From the IMG/VR virus record IMGVR_UViG_3300042560_001323, positions 179,167 to 243,166 of that record: a stretch of 64,000 nucleotides of DNA; one strand, given 5' to 3'. Positions within the stretch are counted from its first letter, which is position 1. The number at the start of each line of letters is the position of its first letter. The notes under the pieces were generated by a model, which worked only from the letters and a program-made list of their open reading frames with translations, was not told the origin of the DNA and searched no databases. The position numbers and the translations under genes were made by a program. Positions 50,079-59,740 of the stretch are shown piece by piece.

Positions 50079-50318
50079 TTAACTGGTGGCAAATTTATTA
50101 TATTTTTTGTTACACTGAATCGCTTCTTCTATAAGAGAATCATCATTTAACTCATATTCCTCAATAAAAACTTGAGGTTTTCTGGTAGCAACACGAACGA
50201 AAGACTCCTTTAATAATTCCATCTGCGCATTTGCCAGATGATAATCATCAAAGAGTCCACAAGTAACCTTCTCATCATATGGCCATTGATAGTTAACAGA
50301 ATAGATTGTCATAATCAA
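50079..50318 (-). CDS. Hypothetical protein
   Basis: ORF track, coupled to neighbour. Confidence 0.55.
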   Translation of the reverse strand: MIMTIYSVNYQWPYDEKVTCGLFDDYHLANAQMELLKESFVRVATRKPQVFIEEYELNDDSLIEEAIQCNKKYNKFATS

Positions 50319-50866
50319 TTGGTAATAGTAATCTTTTGAGTAAGAAAGTCGCCAATAATATGAATAATGTTATGCCATCTGAAGTATCTTTCCTTAGTGG
50401 TATAAAAGAGTTCAATATCTTCTGCACAAAGAAACTTCGAGTCATTCTTTAAAATGCTTTCTACAATATTAATATCCAAGTTCCACTGCTCGGCAATCTG
50501 TTGAGCAGTCAACCAGCCATATCTAGATTCCTTGATTGCAAAAACAATTGTAGAAGTTGTTTCTTCTAATGTATTAAAATGTTCAGCAACAAGAGCTTCA
50601 ACATCCACTGACTTGATGGCCGCTCTTACTTGTTCTAGAGGAATTGTTGGTTCACCAGAATTTCGATGGTCTTCCAGAGCAGTTGTGCCGGTTTTAACAT
50701 CTTCTGCATACTCTAAACCGATCATAATCCGATGAGCAACAATTTGTTCAAAGGCTTCTCCCAAACTATCTGCACAACCGTCATAATGGTCAATACCTTC
50801 GGGACCATCATATAATGACCACTCATAATGGTCATTTTCTACTCTATGCCATATTTCAATGTTCAT
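50315..50866 (-). CDS. Hypothetical protein
   Basis: ORF track, coupled. Confidence 0.6.
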   Translation of the reverse strand: MNIEIWHRVENDHYEWSLYDGPEGIDHYDGCADSLGEAFEQIVAHRIMIGLEYAEDVKTGTTALEDHRNSGEPTIPLEQVRAAIKSVDVEALVAEHFNTLEETTSTIVFAIKESRYGWLTAQQIAEQWNLDINIVESILKNDSKFLCAEDIELFYTTKERYFRWHNIIHIIGDFLTQKITITN

Positions 50867-51044
50867 TTCGTTCTCCTTTTGCTCTATCTTCAGAATAGAC
50901 TTTGGTTGCTATCTTGGCAAGTTCAAGGTAAGTTTTAAACATTTTTTCTTGATTTTCTGCTCCCCATTTACAAACAACTCTATAAGAAACTTTTTCCGTT
51001 ATAAGTCTAGTGTAAATGTTTGCTAAAAGTTCTTCGTCGCTCAT
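50856..51044 (-). CDS. Hypothetical protein
   Basis: ORF track, coupled. Confidence 0.5.
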   Translation of the reverse strand: MSDEELLANIYTRLITEKVSYRVVCKWGAENQEKMFKTYLELAKIATKVYSEDRAKGERNEH

Positions 51045-51614
51045 TTAAACTCCTCCAGATTCTTGAATTGTATTAAACCTAATTTTTCCATTACTAAAAA
51101 CTGTAATTGGAATATCCTCTTCACCTACGATTAATGTTTGGTTCCATTTCTTGCTATAGGGGTTTCCCCACCAATCTGTACGAGGTAAATATGCCCTGTA
51201 TCCTTCCACAGTCCTTTCAATTTTTACTATAACAGTTCCGAGTTTATTTCCATGAACAGGATAATTTCCATTGATATACCACTGAGATTTTTTATCTCTA
51301 AAAACTACTTTTAATGCCCAGGATACAGCATAGCCATATTCACCAATTTCCATTTCATTGATAGGCTTTTCTTTTCTCACTGCAGAAATCTTATAATTAT
51401 TCCCCTCAAGTATTTTAACTCTTTCTTCCAGAGACTCAATTCTATATGTCAATGAAAGGTTCTCGTCTTCCGGTTCCGGTTCACATAATCCGAGAGCGTT
51501 TATAATTTCATCCATATATTTTTCAATGGAAGTTAATCTTTTTCTTGTCTCATCAACGAAATCTTTAATCCACCAACGTTTTTTGATCATATTAGTGTTC
51601 TGCTTTTTGAACAC
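51045..51614 (-). CDS. Hypothetical protein (start may be a few codons downstream)
   Basis: ORF track; early-type palindrome at 51654-51677 upstream. Confidence 0.55.
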   Translation of the reverse strand: MFKKQNTNMIKKRWWIKDFVDETRKRLTSIEKYMDEIINALGLCEPEPEDENLSLTYRIESLEERVKILEGNNYKISAVRKEKPINEMEIGEYGYAVSWALKVVFRDKKSQWYINGNYPVHGNKLGTVIVKIERTVEGYRAYLPRTDWWGNPYSKKWNQTLIVGEEDIPITVFSNGKIRFNTIQESGGV

Positions 51615-51664
51615 TACCTATTATGGACCATTTTTGGCGAAATGGTTGATTGAGTGGACAGTTT

Positions 51665-52336
51665 TTAGGGTGTCCACTCTTCAATAAACTGAGAGAAGGT
51701 CTTATATTCTTTTACCTGGGCAACTTGTACTCGTGTTACAGGGTCCCATTTCGTTGCCCCAAGTGCCCTAGAATACAAACTTCTCCTAGACTTTCTCCCT
51801 TTTTCTGGGTCTTTTGAACCAACCATAACTTCAGCCGCTTTTCCTACAATCTTATCTCCTTTATTACCACCAGACTTTTTAACTTCCTTTGGAATTTCTC
51901 TTACTGCTTGATGATATTCCTTTCCCCTGGAAATTAATTCTTTTGAATCATTTTTTTTAAAATCACCTTTTGGTAAAACGTCTACATTATGAACGCCTCT
52001 TCTCGTTCTGGTGGTTCTTAATTGTCTACGCAGTCTTCTTAAATATAATGCCCTGTCTTGTGTTTTTCTTACTCCTCCTCCATACATACGTTCCTTCTCT
52101 TTACTAGGAAGCATATCCTTTGCATATGCTGATTGAGATGGATACGAAGTAATTGCGGTTTTACTATAATTGTTTTGGTCGTTTGTTGAAGTGAATCTTT
52201 GTCTCTTTCCCCCGGTATGGGTTCTTCTCATACCTGCCCGGCGAAATGCTGCTCTTTCCGATGCATCTTGCCTTTGCCTGGTTGAACCTGCTCGGCTACG
52301 ACTTGGACCAGTTGTGAGTTGTTTTAACTTACCCAT
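51665..52336 (-). CDS. Late basic protein, paralog of 44770-45411, with capsid-targeting-like motif at C-terminus
   Basis: TATAAATA at 52349-52356; ends KEYKTFSQFIEEWTP. Confidence 0.7.
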   Translation of the reverse strand: MGKLKQLTTGPSRSRAGSTRQRQDASERAAFRRAGMRRTHTGGKRQRFTSTNDQNNYSKTAITSYPSQSAYAKDMLPSKEKERMYGGGVRKTQDRALYLRRLRRQLRTTRTRRGVHNVDVLPKGDFKKNDSKELISRGKEYHQAVREIPKEVKKSGGNKGDKIVGKAAEVMVGSKDPEKGRKSRRSLYSRALGATKWDPVTRVQVAQVKEYKTFSQFIEEWTP

Positions 52337-52616
52337 TATTTTTAGTTCTATTTATATTGGGGATATTTGGGTGAATTTTTTGGGCGGGAAATTTTTTTGA
52401 GGACAAGGGGTGTCTTAAGCCATATGGGACCCAATGGTTTTTATTATAAAACGCACTTGGGGGTTAGTATCTTATCGCTAGGCCACGGGGCTAGGCGACG
52501 GGGACGGTAGTACAACTGTCCTATAAGAACTGCTAATAGTACACACATACCCTATACCGACTGCTAGGATCGGCCCCAATAAGATATACCAACCAGGGCC
52601 AACTGCTAATCATACT

Positions 52617-52898
52617 TTACACCCCCAACTCTCCAAGGCGGAGAGCTATCTTATGACGGGCAATCCTGGCCCCATTCAATGTAAACGTAAACCGACGATT
52701 GCCAGCTTGATTAACTTTAATCCGGCAGCCAATCACTACATCAGAAGGAGGATTGCCATGCCCAGTGTATCCCTGGCAGTGATACTCTGCCTCGGCGATC
52801 ATACCATCGCCGCGTAATCCGCCACGATCGAGAGAATCAATAGCAAACTGTTCTGTATCATTAACCTTTGAGATTAGCTCGTTCATTGTAGACAACAT
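52617..52898 (-). CDS. Early-region hypothetical
   Basis: ORF track; -10-like CATTCT just upstream. Confidence 0.55.
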   Translation of the reverse strand: MLSTMNELISKVNDTEQFAIDSLDRGGLRGDGMIAEAEYHCQGYTGHGNPPSDVVIGCRIKVNQAGNRRFTFTLNGARIARHKIALRLGELGV

Positions 52899-52945
52899 GG
52901 CTGAGAATGCGATGGGATTGTGTGAATGAAAGTGTCGCCGATTGT

Positions 52946-53221
52946 TTACATCCTCTCATTACAAACGATGCGGGAAGTATATTGCCGGCCGTCACGGTAG
53001 AATGTTTCAAGATCATCATCCAGTTCTTGAAGAGTATCATTCAAGGTTTCGTATTCTTCTCTTTCAATATAACCAGACTGCAGCATTCCAACATTGCACA
53101 TACCACCAAATACTAGGAACTTTGGTGTTGAAACTACTTCAAAGTATCCTCTTAGAGTCCCAATAATTCCGACATAATCTGCATTGGAGATGTCAACCGC
53201 AGACCATTGTGTGTTGGCCAT
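52946..53221 (-). CDS. Early-region hypothetical (conserved in cyanophages)
   Basis: GGMCNVGMLQSGY...LQEL..DLE.F..DG.QY.S.IVCNERM motif. Confidence 0.65.
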   Translation of the reverse strand: MANTQWSAVDISNADYVGIIGTLRGYFEVVSTPKFLVFGGMCNVGMLQSGYIEREEYETLNDTLQELDDDLETFYRDGRQYTSRIVCNERM

Positions 53222-53287
53222 TGTTCTAACGAAAGGGGAAAGGATTGGAGGTGCCGGGATTATGGCTCCCGGCTGGCCAGAGTGTAA

Positions 53288-53452
53288 CTAACCCTCAATA
53301 AAGTTGGTATGAAAATGCTCTGCAAAATCGCGGGCATCGTCTACATCCATCCGGTTAATCATCTCTCGTGCTACAGTTTCCCACGAGAAATCATCGGCAA
53401 AGCAGATAATGGCACTGCGGGCATCATTTGCATTGAGAGTAGAGAAATCCAT
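53288..53452 (-). CDS. Early-region small hypothetical (MDFSTLNANDAR..I..FAD.FSWETVAREMI.RM..D.ARDF)
   Basis: 54-aa ORF translated manually. Confidence 0.6.
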   Translation of the reverse strand: MDFSTLNANDARSAIICFADDFSWETVAREMINRMDVDDARDFAEHFHTNFIEG

Positions 53453-53556
53453 TGTTTGCACCGGCAACCTGCCGGGGCTGAACTACCCTGTAAGAATACA
53501 GCATCCACAACCGGAACGGTCGGAATAACCGATAAGCATTGCTAATGGTTGAGGAC

Positions 53557-53700
53557 TTGACAGGCTGGGCTGGTTCTGTTATTATAGTTTCATACAAGGA
53601 AACCAGCGCAAGAAGCGCATCATATAAGCGGCCACAATAAACCTGCTCGTTAATAACACTATAAAAAGTATAAAGAAAAGGCCCGCAATCGCGGGCCTGT
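53557..53700 (+). ncRNA. Repeat module A: sigma70 promoter + conserved structured segment + terminator
   Basis: TTGACA-17-TATTAT, GCGC-AAGAA-GCGC hairpin, GGCCACAATAAACCTG, AGGCCCGC-AATC-GCGGGCCT. Confidence 0.6.
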
Positions 53701-53716
53701 AGGGTATGCTGGCAGA

Positions 53717-53851
53717 TCAATCAATCCAGGCCAGCCACGCTGCCGCAACAGCATGGGGAACCATTAGCATCCCGCCCGCGATGGGGCCAGCCGGAACCGC
53801 CAGCACGGCCAGCACGGCGGCGGTGGCAAGCAGGCAATGGCGGCGATTCAT
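53717..53851 (-). CDS. 44-aa hydrophobic peptide (MNRRHCLLATAAVLAVLA...)
   Basis: Manual translation; early-type -10 (TAGGAT) upstream; GC-rich. Confidence 0.5.
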   Translation of the reverse strand: MNRRHCLLATAAVLAVLAVPAGPIAGGMLMVPHAVAAAWLAWID

Positions 53852-53941
53852 GGGAGGAATCCTAAACTGCTCCGCCATCCTACAACATCGGCGGCCAGAT
53901 CAGCCGGATTGAACGATCAGAATTGCTGATCGTTCCAGGGC

Positions 53942-54095
53942 TTGACGGATCGGCCATTCCATCCTATAGTATATTCAACAACGAAAGACGAGCGGGCGAA
54001 CCGCGATGATACAAACGGCCACGTTAATTCTGCCTTCTAATAATAAGAAATGAGGAGATCATCAAGATTCATCGGAGGAACTTTTAAGGTCTCCT
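53942..54095 (+). ncRNA. Repeat module B
   Basis: TTGACG-17-TATAGT, GCGG-GCGAA-CCGC, GGCCACGTTAATTCTG. Confidence 0.5.
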
Positions 54096-54182
54096 AATAA
54101 TAGTCTATTTTAGGCCAGCCGTAGTTAGTGTGTGTGCCAACTGTCAAACCGTCACCAGAGGCACCCAGAAGCCCCTAGAAGG

Positions 54183-54298
54183 TGCTACAATACAGTGAGA
54201 CAAGTAAAGACAGCAGGCGAACCGCATTTATATAAATTAGCACAATAAACCAGCCTTGAGATAATAAAATATAAAGAAAGGCCCGCGATTGCGAGCCC
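54183..54298 (+). ncRNA. Repeat module C
   Basis: Extended -10 TGCTACAAT downstream of palindrome at 54134-54155, GCAG-GCGAA-CCGC, GCACAATAAACCAG, terminator GGCCCGC..GCGAGCC. Confidence 0.5.
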
Positions 54299-54306
54299 AT
54301 TGGTTA

Positions 54307-54738
54307 TCAATAAACCACTTCAATGACGGCACATTGAAGTAAGCCACGGGGTTCAAGTCTGATAGAATCGCCATAATCGGACTTGATGCACGGAATGTTA
54401 TTCCAACCCAGTTCATATTTCACCGCCCGAATGATAGCAAGATCCGTTTTCTTGCCGAGAATTGGCACCTCAAACCTCCTATCGGTGGTGTTCACTTCAC
54501 CACCAAATAATCCGTAAACAGTAACCATAACCGATGGCACTTGTTCATAGCTGATACTATCAACACAATAATTGGCATAATCTGTTACTGCCTCCACTAT
54601 ATCATCCTCCCCATCAACAATGAATACCTTATTGCTAAACCTTTTATTGTAGTCTGTGGTTTTTTCTTGAGTGAGTTCTTCATCTTCACAGTCGGTGCTA
54701 AAGTCGAACTCAACTTTGGTGATTCTGTAAGCTGGCAT
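54307..54738 (-). CDS. Early-region hypothetical
   Basis: ORF track. Confidence 0.6.
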   Translation of the reverse strand: MPAYRITKVEFDFSTDCEDEELTQEKTTDYNKRFSNKVFIVDGEDDIVEAVTDYANYCVDSISYEQVPSVMVTVYGLFGGEVNTTDRRFEVPILGKKTDLAIIRAVKYELGWNNIPCIKSDYGDSIRLEPRGLLQCAVIEVVY

Positions 54739-54828
54739 TGATCCGAATCTGAATGTCCCACTAACAATAAACTGTTTTCGTCAGTGTGTCAATGGTTGTT
54801 TGATAAGCATTACTGATCATTCGGGGGC

Positions 54829-54975
54829 TTGACATACTGGATTGGTTCGGTTATTATAGTTTCATACAAAGAAAACCAGCGGAAGAACCGCTACAAATAA
54901 GAGGCCACGATAAACCTGTCTTTCATTATTAGAATATAAACAATACAAAAAGGCTTCCAGATTGGAAGCCTTTAT
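54829..54975 (+). ncRNA. Repeat module D
   Basis: TTGACA-17-TATTAT, GCGG-AAGAA-CCGC, GGCCACGATAAACCTG, AAGGCTTCC-AGATT-GGAAGCCTT. Confidence 0.6.
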
Positions 54976-55402
54976 TATATTTTAGGAGTTGACTAATTGT
55001 TATAGTCAACCCCACAGACTTACCGGCAGTCAGTGATAACGACGGTCATTGGGCGGGGGCGTGCCAATGCAGCCGGAACACCATTTGGGCGGTAAACCGG
55101 GCGGGGGGCAGGTTGACGGACAGGGCGGGGGGTGAGTGTGGCAGCCATGGGGGGTGATAGGCTTGGAACTCCATCATCCTACACCACAGACCGCCAAACC
55201 GTCAACCAATCGGGGGCCATTGGTCAGAAAATGCTCACACTAGGACGGTTTCATAGATTATCGGTGATTCTATCCGACTGACAGAACCATCCTACCTGGC
55301 TAGCCAGAACACCACAAAAACCAAAAGTATAATAAAACCCGCAGACAATAAAAAGGCCAGGGTTATTAACTCCCTGGCGCCGGTTATACTGGAGCCCGAA
55401 AA

Positions 55403-56059
55403 TCACTCCGGGAACTGCGAAGAATATGAAGGAAGTATGTTTACTTTCATACAATGTTCAAACGGAATATCACCTTCCATAGGATTGAACACATACCATT
55501 CGTGGTCCCTCTGGAATAACTGACAACCGCAATAACGCATCAGGATTCTATTCATTCGCTCTTTAGTTGAGCGGCTCCTTTTAATAGGATCATATAGTGT
55601 TACTCTTCCTAATACAGGAGCATAAAGGGCAATTAGCTTACCATGATGCATAAAATGAATCAGCTCAAAGATAGAGCCTACATCCGTAGCCTTAATTTCA
55701 TCGTTATTTTTCTTATAGTTGACACGATTCTCAGCATAGAATATCATCGTCTTGATACAATCTGCCCCGCCGCGATCGTTCATAAGATCCTGGCGTTGTT
55801 GCCAGTGTTTGATCTTAAGAACCGCCTCGTAATACTCTGTGAAGCATAGACGCTCGGCCCCATCTTTATTCAACCGAGTATAACCAGCCGTGCGGACTTT
55901 CTCTCCTTTAGTATAATGAAATGCCTTGTGGTGCGCTAGAAGAGTAGAACCCGTGAGGCGTTTCTGTGGAAACTCTATAGGCAGTTGCTCCATAGGAGCC
56001 TGGCGAAACATTACAGGCGGAAAGGTGCGGGTGATAAGATCCATCTGGGAAACCGGCAA
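55403..56059 (-). CDS. Early-region hypothetical
   Basis: ORF track; flanked by repeat modules. Confidence 0.6.
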   Translation of the reverse strand: MPVSQMDLITRTFPPVMFRQAPMEQLPIEFPQKRLTGSTLLAHHKAFHYTKGEKVRTAGYTRLNKDGAERLCFTEYYEAVLKIKHWQQRQDLMNDRGGADCIKTMIFYAENRVNYKKNNDEIKATDVGSIFELIHFMHHGKLIALYAPVLGRVTLYDPIKRSRSTKERMNRILMRYCGCQLFQRDHEWYVFNPMEGDIPFEHCMKVNILPSYSSQFPE

Positions 56060-56150
56060 CCTGCCGGTGCTTTGTTTGCCTGCTTATCCTACAGCATCGG
56101 CAAGCATTCCGGCCGTTTCCGTTGATAAGCACTACTAATGGTTCGGGGTC

Positions 56151-56295
56151 TTGACAGACAGTGTTGAATGGGTTATTATAGTTTCATACAAGGAAACCAG
56201 CGCAAGAAGCGCATCATATAAGCGGCCACAATAAACCTGCTTCTTAATAAGAAAATATAACATATAAAGAAAGGGGAAGGAATGCTCCCTCCCCG
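56151..56295 (+). ncRNA. Repeat module E
   Basis: TTGACA-17-TATTAT; 70 nt (56172-56241) identical to 53578-53647. Confidence 0.6.
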
Positions 56296-56302
56296 GTTAT
56301 AC

Positions 56303-56686
56303 TCAGTCTGCAATCGTCGGACATTTAATACCTTCCCACGCCCTTGAATAATTATCAATAACCTTGTCAATGAGTGATTCTAGCTTAGGGTGATAAGTGT
56401 AATCACAGACAATCTCTTCCGGTTCATGGTCGAGAACAATCCACAATCTAGCCCGCATTCCGTCTTTGTTAATGTAGACTGTGGCCGCATCTACTGAAAC
56501 TACAATATCTGTAGCAGCATGGCGGATTTTTGTATTAGATTGCTCTTGGTCAATCTTGATAGTCTCCTCGCCATCATTTACAGCAGTGATAGCGAATCCT
56601 TCCTGTTGAAACTTGGCAAGAAGAGACCTAACGGGAACCGACCAATTAAAAGCCGTTTGGAAAGGTTCCAATTTGTGGCTAGCCAT
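56303..56686 (-). CDS. Early-region hypothetical
   Basis: V.DGEE.......A...I.SVD...Y......WIVL....EEIVCDY pattern. Confidence 0.65.
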   Translation of the reverse strand: MASHKLEPFQTAFNWSVPVRSLLAKFQQEGFAITAVNDGEETIKIDQEQSNTKIRHAATDIVVSVDAATVYINKDGMRARLWIVLDHEPEEIVCDYTYHPKLESLIDKVIDNYSRAWEGIKCPTIAD

Positions 56687-56746
56687 GATGTAATTCCTGA
56701 AGACTCTTTAAGAATACCAGAATTGAGAGACCGGGGCTCTTAGTGT

Positions 56747-56768
56747 GTGCCAGTTCAACAACTGGCAC
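56747..56768. promoter_or_regulatory. Perfect copy of early-promoter palindrome GTGCCAGTT-N4-AACTGGCAC
   Basis: Degenerate copies at about 51654, 54134, 58752, 59128, 59554, 60269, 60769, 61783, 63370, each about 30-45 nt from a -10 box. Confidence 0.7.
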
Positions 56769-56813
56769 ACACAGCCTGCTTTTGCTGCTCACATAAATAA
56801 TACCAAAAAACCT

Positions 56814-56987
56814 TTAATTGTTCCAGGAATGAATACGCTTCCGGCGGCCGTCTTCCTGGATTTCCCATAGATTGCCGCGCCATACATTAAACCCGTAGGC
56901 ATAATGTAGGTTACCGGTAGTGATCTTAAACCTTTTTCCCTTCCGGTCGATTCCGGTGATAACGTAGCTGGTGGCGGGAGTTGCCAT
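56814..56987 (-). CDS. Conserved phage hypothetical (MATPATSYVITGIDRKGKRFKI...)
   Basis: 57-aa ORF translated manually with promoter leader TATTGTATGAAGGTCAACC. Confidence 0.65.
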   Translation of the reverse strand: MATPATSYVITGIDRKGKRFKITTGNLHYAYGFNVWRGNLWEIQEDGRRKRIHSWNN

Positions 56988-57241
56988 GGTCTGTGGTGCG
57001 GTTGACCTTCATACAATAGCACCGGGAAGCCCGACCCGTCAAGCATCTGTCAGCGATTGCCCACACTTGAGCGGAAACTCTTTTTATCGTAGATTCTGGC
57101 GGAACCGATGGGCTATCCTACCCTTGCCACCAGAATACGAAAAAACAGAAAGTATAGTAAACCATTGGCCATTCTTAATTACAATAAAAAGGGCCAGAGG
57201 GATTCTTATATCCCCCGGCCCGTTATACTATCGGTTAGGTA

Positions 57242-57931
57242 TCACCGTGCCCCACACAATGCACGGGTTTGGCTACCTGATGTTTGACGATGTAGACTTG
57301 CATTCGCTCCAGCACTGGAGCCTAATTGAGCGGCAATTCCACTAGCCCGAGATGTACGATGGGTCCGAAGTTTAAGACGAGCGATCACTACTGCAGTGTG
57401 TTCCTTATCGGGATGATCCGCACGATTGAGTTTCATTTCATACAACCGATCTCGCACCATGGCTGCGTATTGTTTACAGAAATTGGATCGGAATCCGTAG
57501 GCACTATAGGAATTGCCCTTCAATTCTGCTAATACCTTCTCACCAGCAATTGCAGTCTCACACTCCCGGATCATACAACCCTTCAGGAAATCGTAGTATA
57601 AACGAACCTGAATCTGTTGCGCCTCTGTGCCAATACACTTAAGAGTTGTAACCTTCCTTCCAGTTTGATGGCTAGGGCTGGACATACCGAGAGCATCATA
57701 AAACCGGGCGATTGCACAAAAAAGAATAAGATGCGATTCGTCAAGTTTCTTATAAGTCTCAAACGCTTCAGTAAGAACCTCAGGTGTATTGACATCATCA
57801 ATTGTTACACCGTGTTGTTTACACAGTTTATCAATAAGTGTGGCGGCAGCATTAGCCTCGCCATCAAAACCAGTTGATTCTTGCAGCCTGAGCATGGCTG
57901 AAATTTTCTTAAGAATGGCTTGACGATCCAT
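57242..57931 (-). CDS. DUF2786-domain protein
   Basis: MDRQAILKKISAMLRL..ST.F.GEA.AA...I.KL..QH N-terminal motif; start reassigned to ATG 57931 after the leader motif. Confidence 0.75.
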   Translation of the reverse strand: MDRQAILKKISAMLRLQESTGFDGEANAAATLIDKLCKQHGVTIDDVNTPEVLTEAFETYKKLDESHLILFCAIARFYDALGMSSPSHQTGRKVTTLKCIGTEAQQIQVRLYYDFLKGCMIRECETAIAGEKVLAELKGNSYSAYGFRSNFCKQYAAMVRDRLYEMKLNRADHPDKEHTAVVIARLKLRTHRTSRASGIAAQLGSSAGANASLHRQTSGSQTRALCGAR

Positions 57932-58022
57932 TGATCTGTGGTGCGGTTGACCTTCATACAATAACCGATTAGGAGCCCTTTGAAAGGGTTTCATTGATTA
58001 GCAATGCTTATTGTTCTAAGGC

Positions 58023-58155
58023 TTGACATACTGGCTGGAATCTGTCATACTGTATTCAACAGGCGGAAGAACCGCGACAGATAAAGTGACACAATAAGCC
58101 TGCTTCTTAATAAAATATACAGAATAAAGAAAGGGGAAGGATTATTCCCTCCCCG
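58023..58155 (+). ncRNA. Repeat module F
   Basis: TTGACA-17-CATACT, CAGGCGG-AAGAA-CCGC...GACACAATAAGCCTG, GGGGAAGG..CCCTCCCC terminator. Confidence 0.6.
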
Positions 58156-58183
58156 ATAAGTATGAGAATCGTTTTAGTATTGC

Positions 58184-58417
58184 TTATGCATACCAGTTTG
58201 CGGCAATTTCCTTTGCATTGTCTCCAAGAAAAATATGAAAAGCACGATTAGGTGATCTACCGAGAATTTGACAACAGCGTTTCAATTCGTCTCCATCCGC
58301 TTGCACTTGGACGTAGGCTTCATAAGCCATATTGACGGTTGATGCTAAACCATTGTCGCCAATGTGGCCGTTTACATTATAATTTGAATGGCTGGCACAT
58401 GTAGTGAAGAAAATCAT
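58184..58417 (-). CDS. Early-region hypothetical
   Basis: ORF track. Confidence 0.5.
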   Translation of the reverse strand: MIFFTTCASHSNYNVNGHIGDNGLASTVNMAYEAYVQVQADGDELKRCCQILGRSPNRAFHIFLGDNAKEIAANWYA

Positions 58418-58468
58418 TGAAGGGAAGCGATTGGGTTGGAAAGGAAACCGGGAAACTTCTTGTTGTAA

Positions 58469-58690
58469 TCAATAGGCGTGAAATACCTCTAGGATCTTAC
58501 CGTTTTGAACAATCTTGGCATGAGGATAGAATACCCATTTTGAACCAACATTGTTGATTGCATCATAAGCATCTTCTAATGTTTCGTAAACCCCATCTCT
58601 AACTTGTTCATCATCGTCATTGAAAAAGTAAACAATTAGATCATCTTCTGAAACCAAATTGGCGGGTCTTTTGTTGAAAAAGGTGAACAT
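58469..58690 (-). CDS. Early-region hypothetical
   Basis: ORF track; leader ATTCATAAGTCACC. Confidence 0.55.
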   Translation of the reverse strand: MFTFFNKRPANLVSEDDLIVYFFNDDDEQVRDGVYETLEDAYDAINNVGSKWVFYPHAKIVQNGKILEVFHAY

Positions 58691-58842
58691 TGGATGCCTG
58701 GGGGTGACTTATGAATAATAGGGCACCTAGAAGCCTCTCTAGGTGCCGCTGGTGACACTTATTAAGCTGGCACACTAGCCCTTGACTTCAGGACAGAATA
58801 GAGAAAGGGGAAGGATTGCTCCCTCCCCGATAAGTATGAGAT

Positions 58843-59051
58843 TCAATAACAACCATACCCCATTAGCATAATTTCCTGTCCGATTAACTGTTCACAATCT
58901 CCACTTTCTTTGGCATCATTGGTGGTAACGGTGTACCTAATTGGCCCGAGATTGATTTCCCTTGGATGACCGCCGCCGTTAAATCCATCCAAAATCATTA
59001 TTTCGTGATTCGGACCTTTGAGTAAACGTTGAGCGAGTTCGTGGGCTTTCA
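58843..59051 (-). CDS. Early-region hypothetical (probable start MKAHELAQRLL)
   Basis: Upstream part of the tracked ORF overlaps the promoter motif, so start reassigned (approximate). Confidence 0.55.
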
Positions 59052-59154
59052 TTTTCAGCTCAGAAAAGTGGGTGACTTGTATAGAATACCCGTTTATCGG
59101 GTTAAGTGTTGGAAGTGTTGGAAGTGTGCGCCAGTTGTTTAACCGGCACATTGT

Positions 59155-59493
59155 TCAGCTAATTGCAAACTCCATATTATCTTCAAACTCTCCTTTATCA
59201 CAATACCATACATAATCCTTCTGGAAGATTCCACCCAGGTTGTAATGATGCAGGATAGAATTCAACCGACTTTTGGTTGTTTTTGTCGCCCAACCACAAG
59301 AAGAAAGAATCATCTTATTGCCAGGGAAGATGCTGGCAATCTTATGGCCGTGAAGTTTAACTTGAATCTCCTTTTGATAAGAATGTGTCCCGTGAATGCC
59401 ATTGTGAACAACCTCTACTGATGTGTTATCTTTCCGCCAATCGGTCTCATTTGAGATGGCTCGGATCATCTGTTGCTCAATGATGCGAGACAT
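59155..59493 (-). CDS. Conserved cyanophage early hypothetical
   Basis: IEQQM..AI.....W...NT.V...LHGHKIA...GW.TKTTKSRLN motif. Confidence 0.75.
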   Translation of the reverse strand: MSRIIEQQMIRAISNETDWRKDNTSVEVVHNGIHGTHSYQKEIQVKLHGHKIASIFPGNKMILSSCGWATKTTKSRLNSILHHYNLGGIFQKDYVWYCDKGEFEDNMEFAIS

Positions 59494-59599
59494 TGCGGTT
59501 GGAGCTGCTTACTTGTATAGAATACCAGGATTGAAGCCTTGTGCTCCTATTGTGTGCCAGTTGTTGAACCGTCCACCTGGCCGGTTAAACCGTCTTAAT

Positions 59600-59713
59600 T
59601 CGTGCCATACTGTATTCATTGGGCGGAAGAACCGCGACAGATAAAGAGCCACAACAAACCTGCCGTTTTATAGTCATATAAATAATACCAAAAAGCCTCC
59701 AATAAGGAGGCTA
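59600..59713 (+). ncRNA. Repeat module G
   Basis: TG-C-CATACT extended -10, GGGCGG-AAGAA-CCGCGACAGATAAAGAGCCACAACAAACCTG, AGCCTCC..GGAGGCT terminator. Confidence 0.55.
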
Positions 59714-59740
59714 ATGGAGTTAAAATTCAAATAACAAAAT

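Noticed and set aside
52400-52610. tRNA or structured RNA in GC-richer intergenic region
   Set aside because: No T-loop GTTC motif or cloverleaf found; no tRNA genes recognised anywhere in the window.
53424-53720. Tracked ORFs 53424-53720, 56176-56370, 56789-57046, 59674-59889
   Set aside because: They read through repeat modules, promoters or alternative frames of real genes; shared wording comes from the DNA repeats.
53557-59713. Modules as mini-CRISPR/Racr (ATAAACC resembles the type I-E handle) or lambda boxB
   Set aside because: Similarity covers only 5-7 nt, and the loop does not start with the G needed for boxB; too weak to claim.
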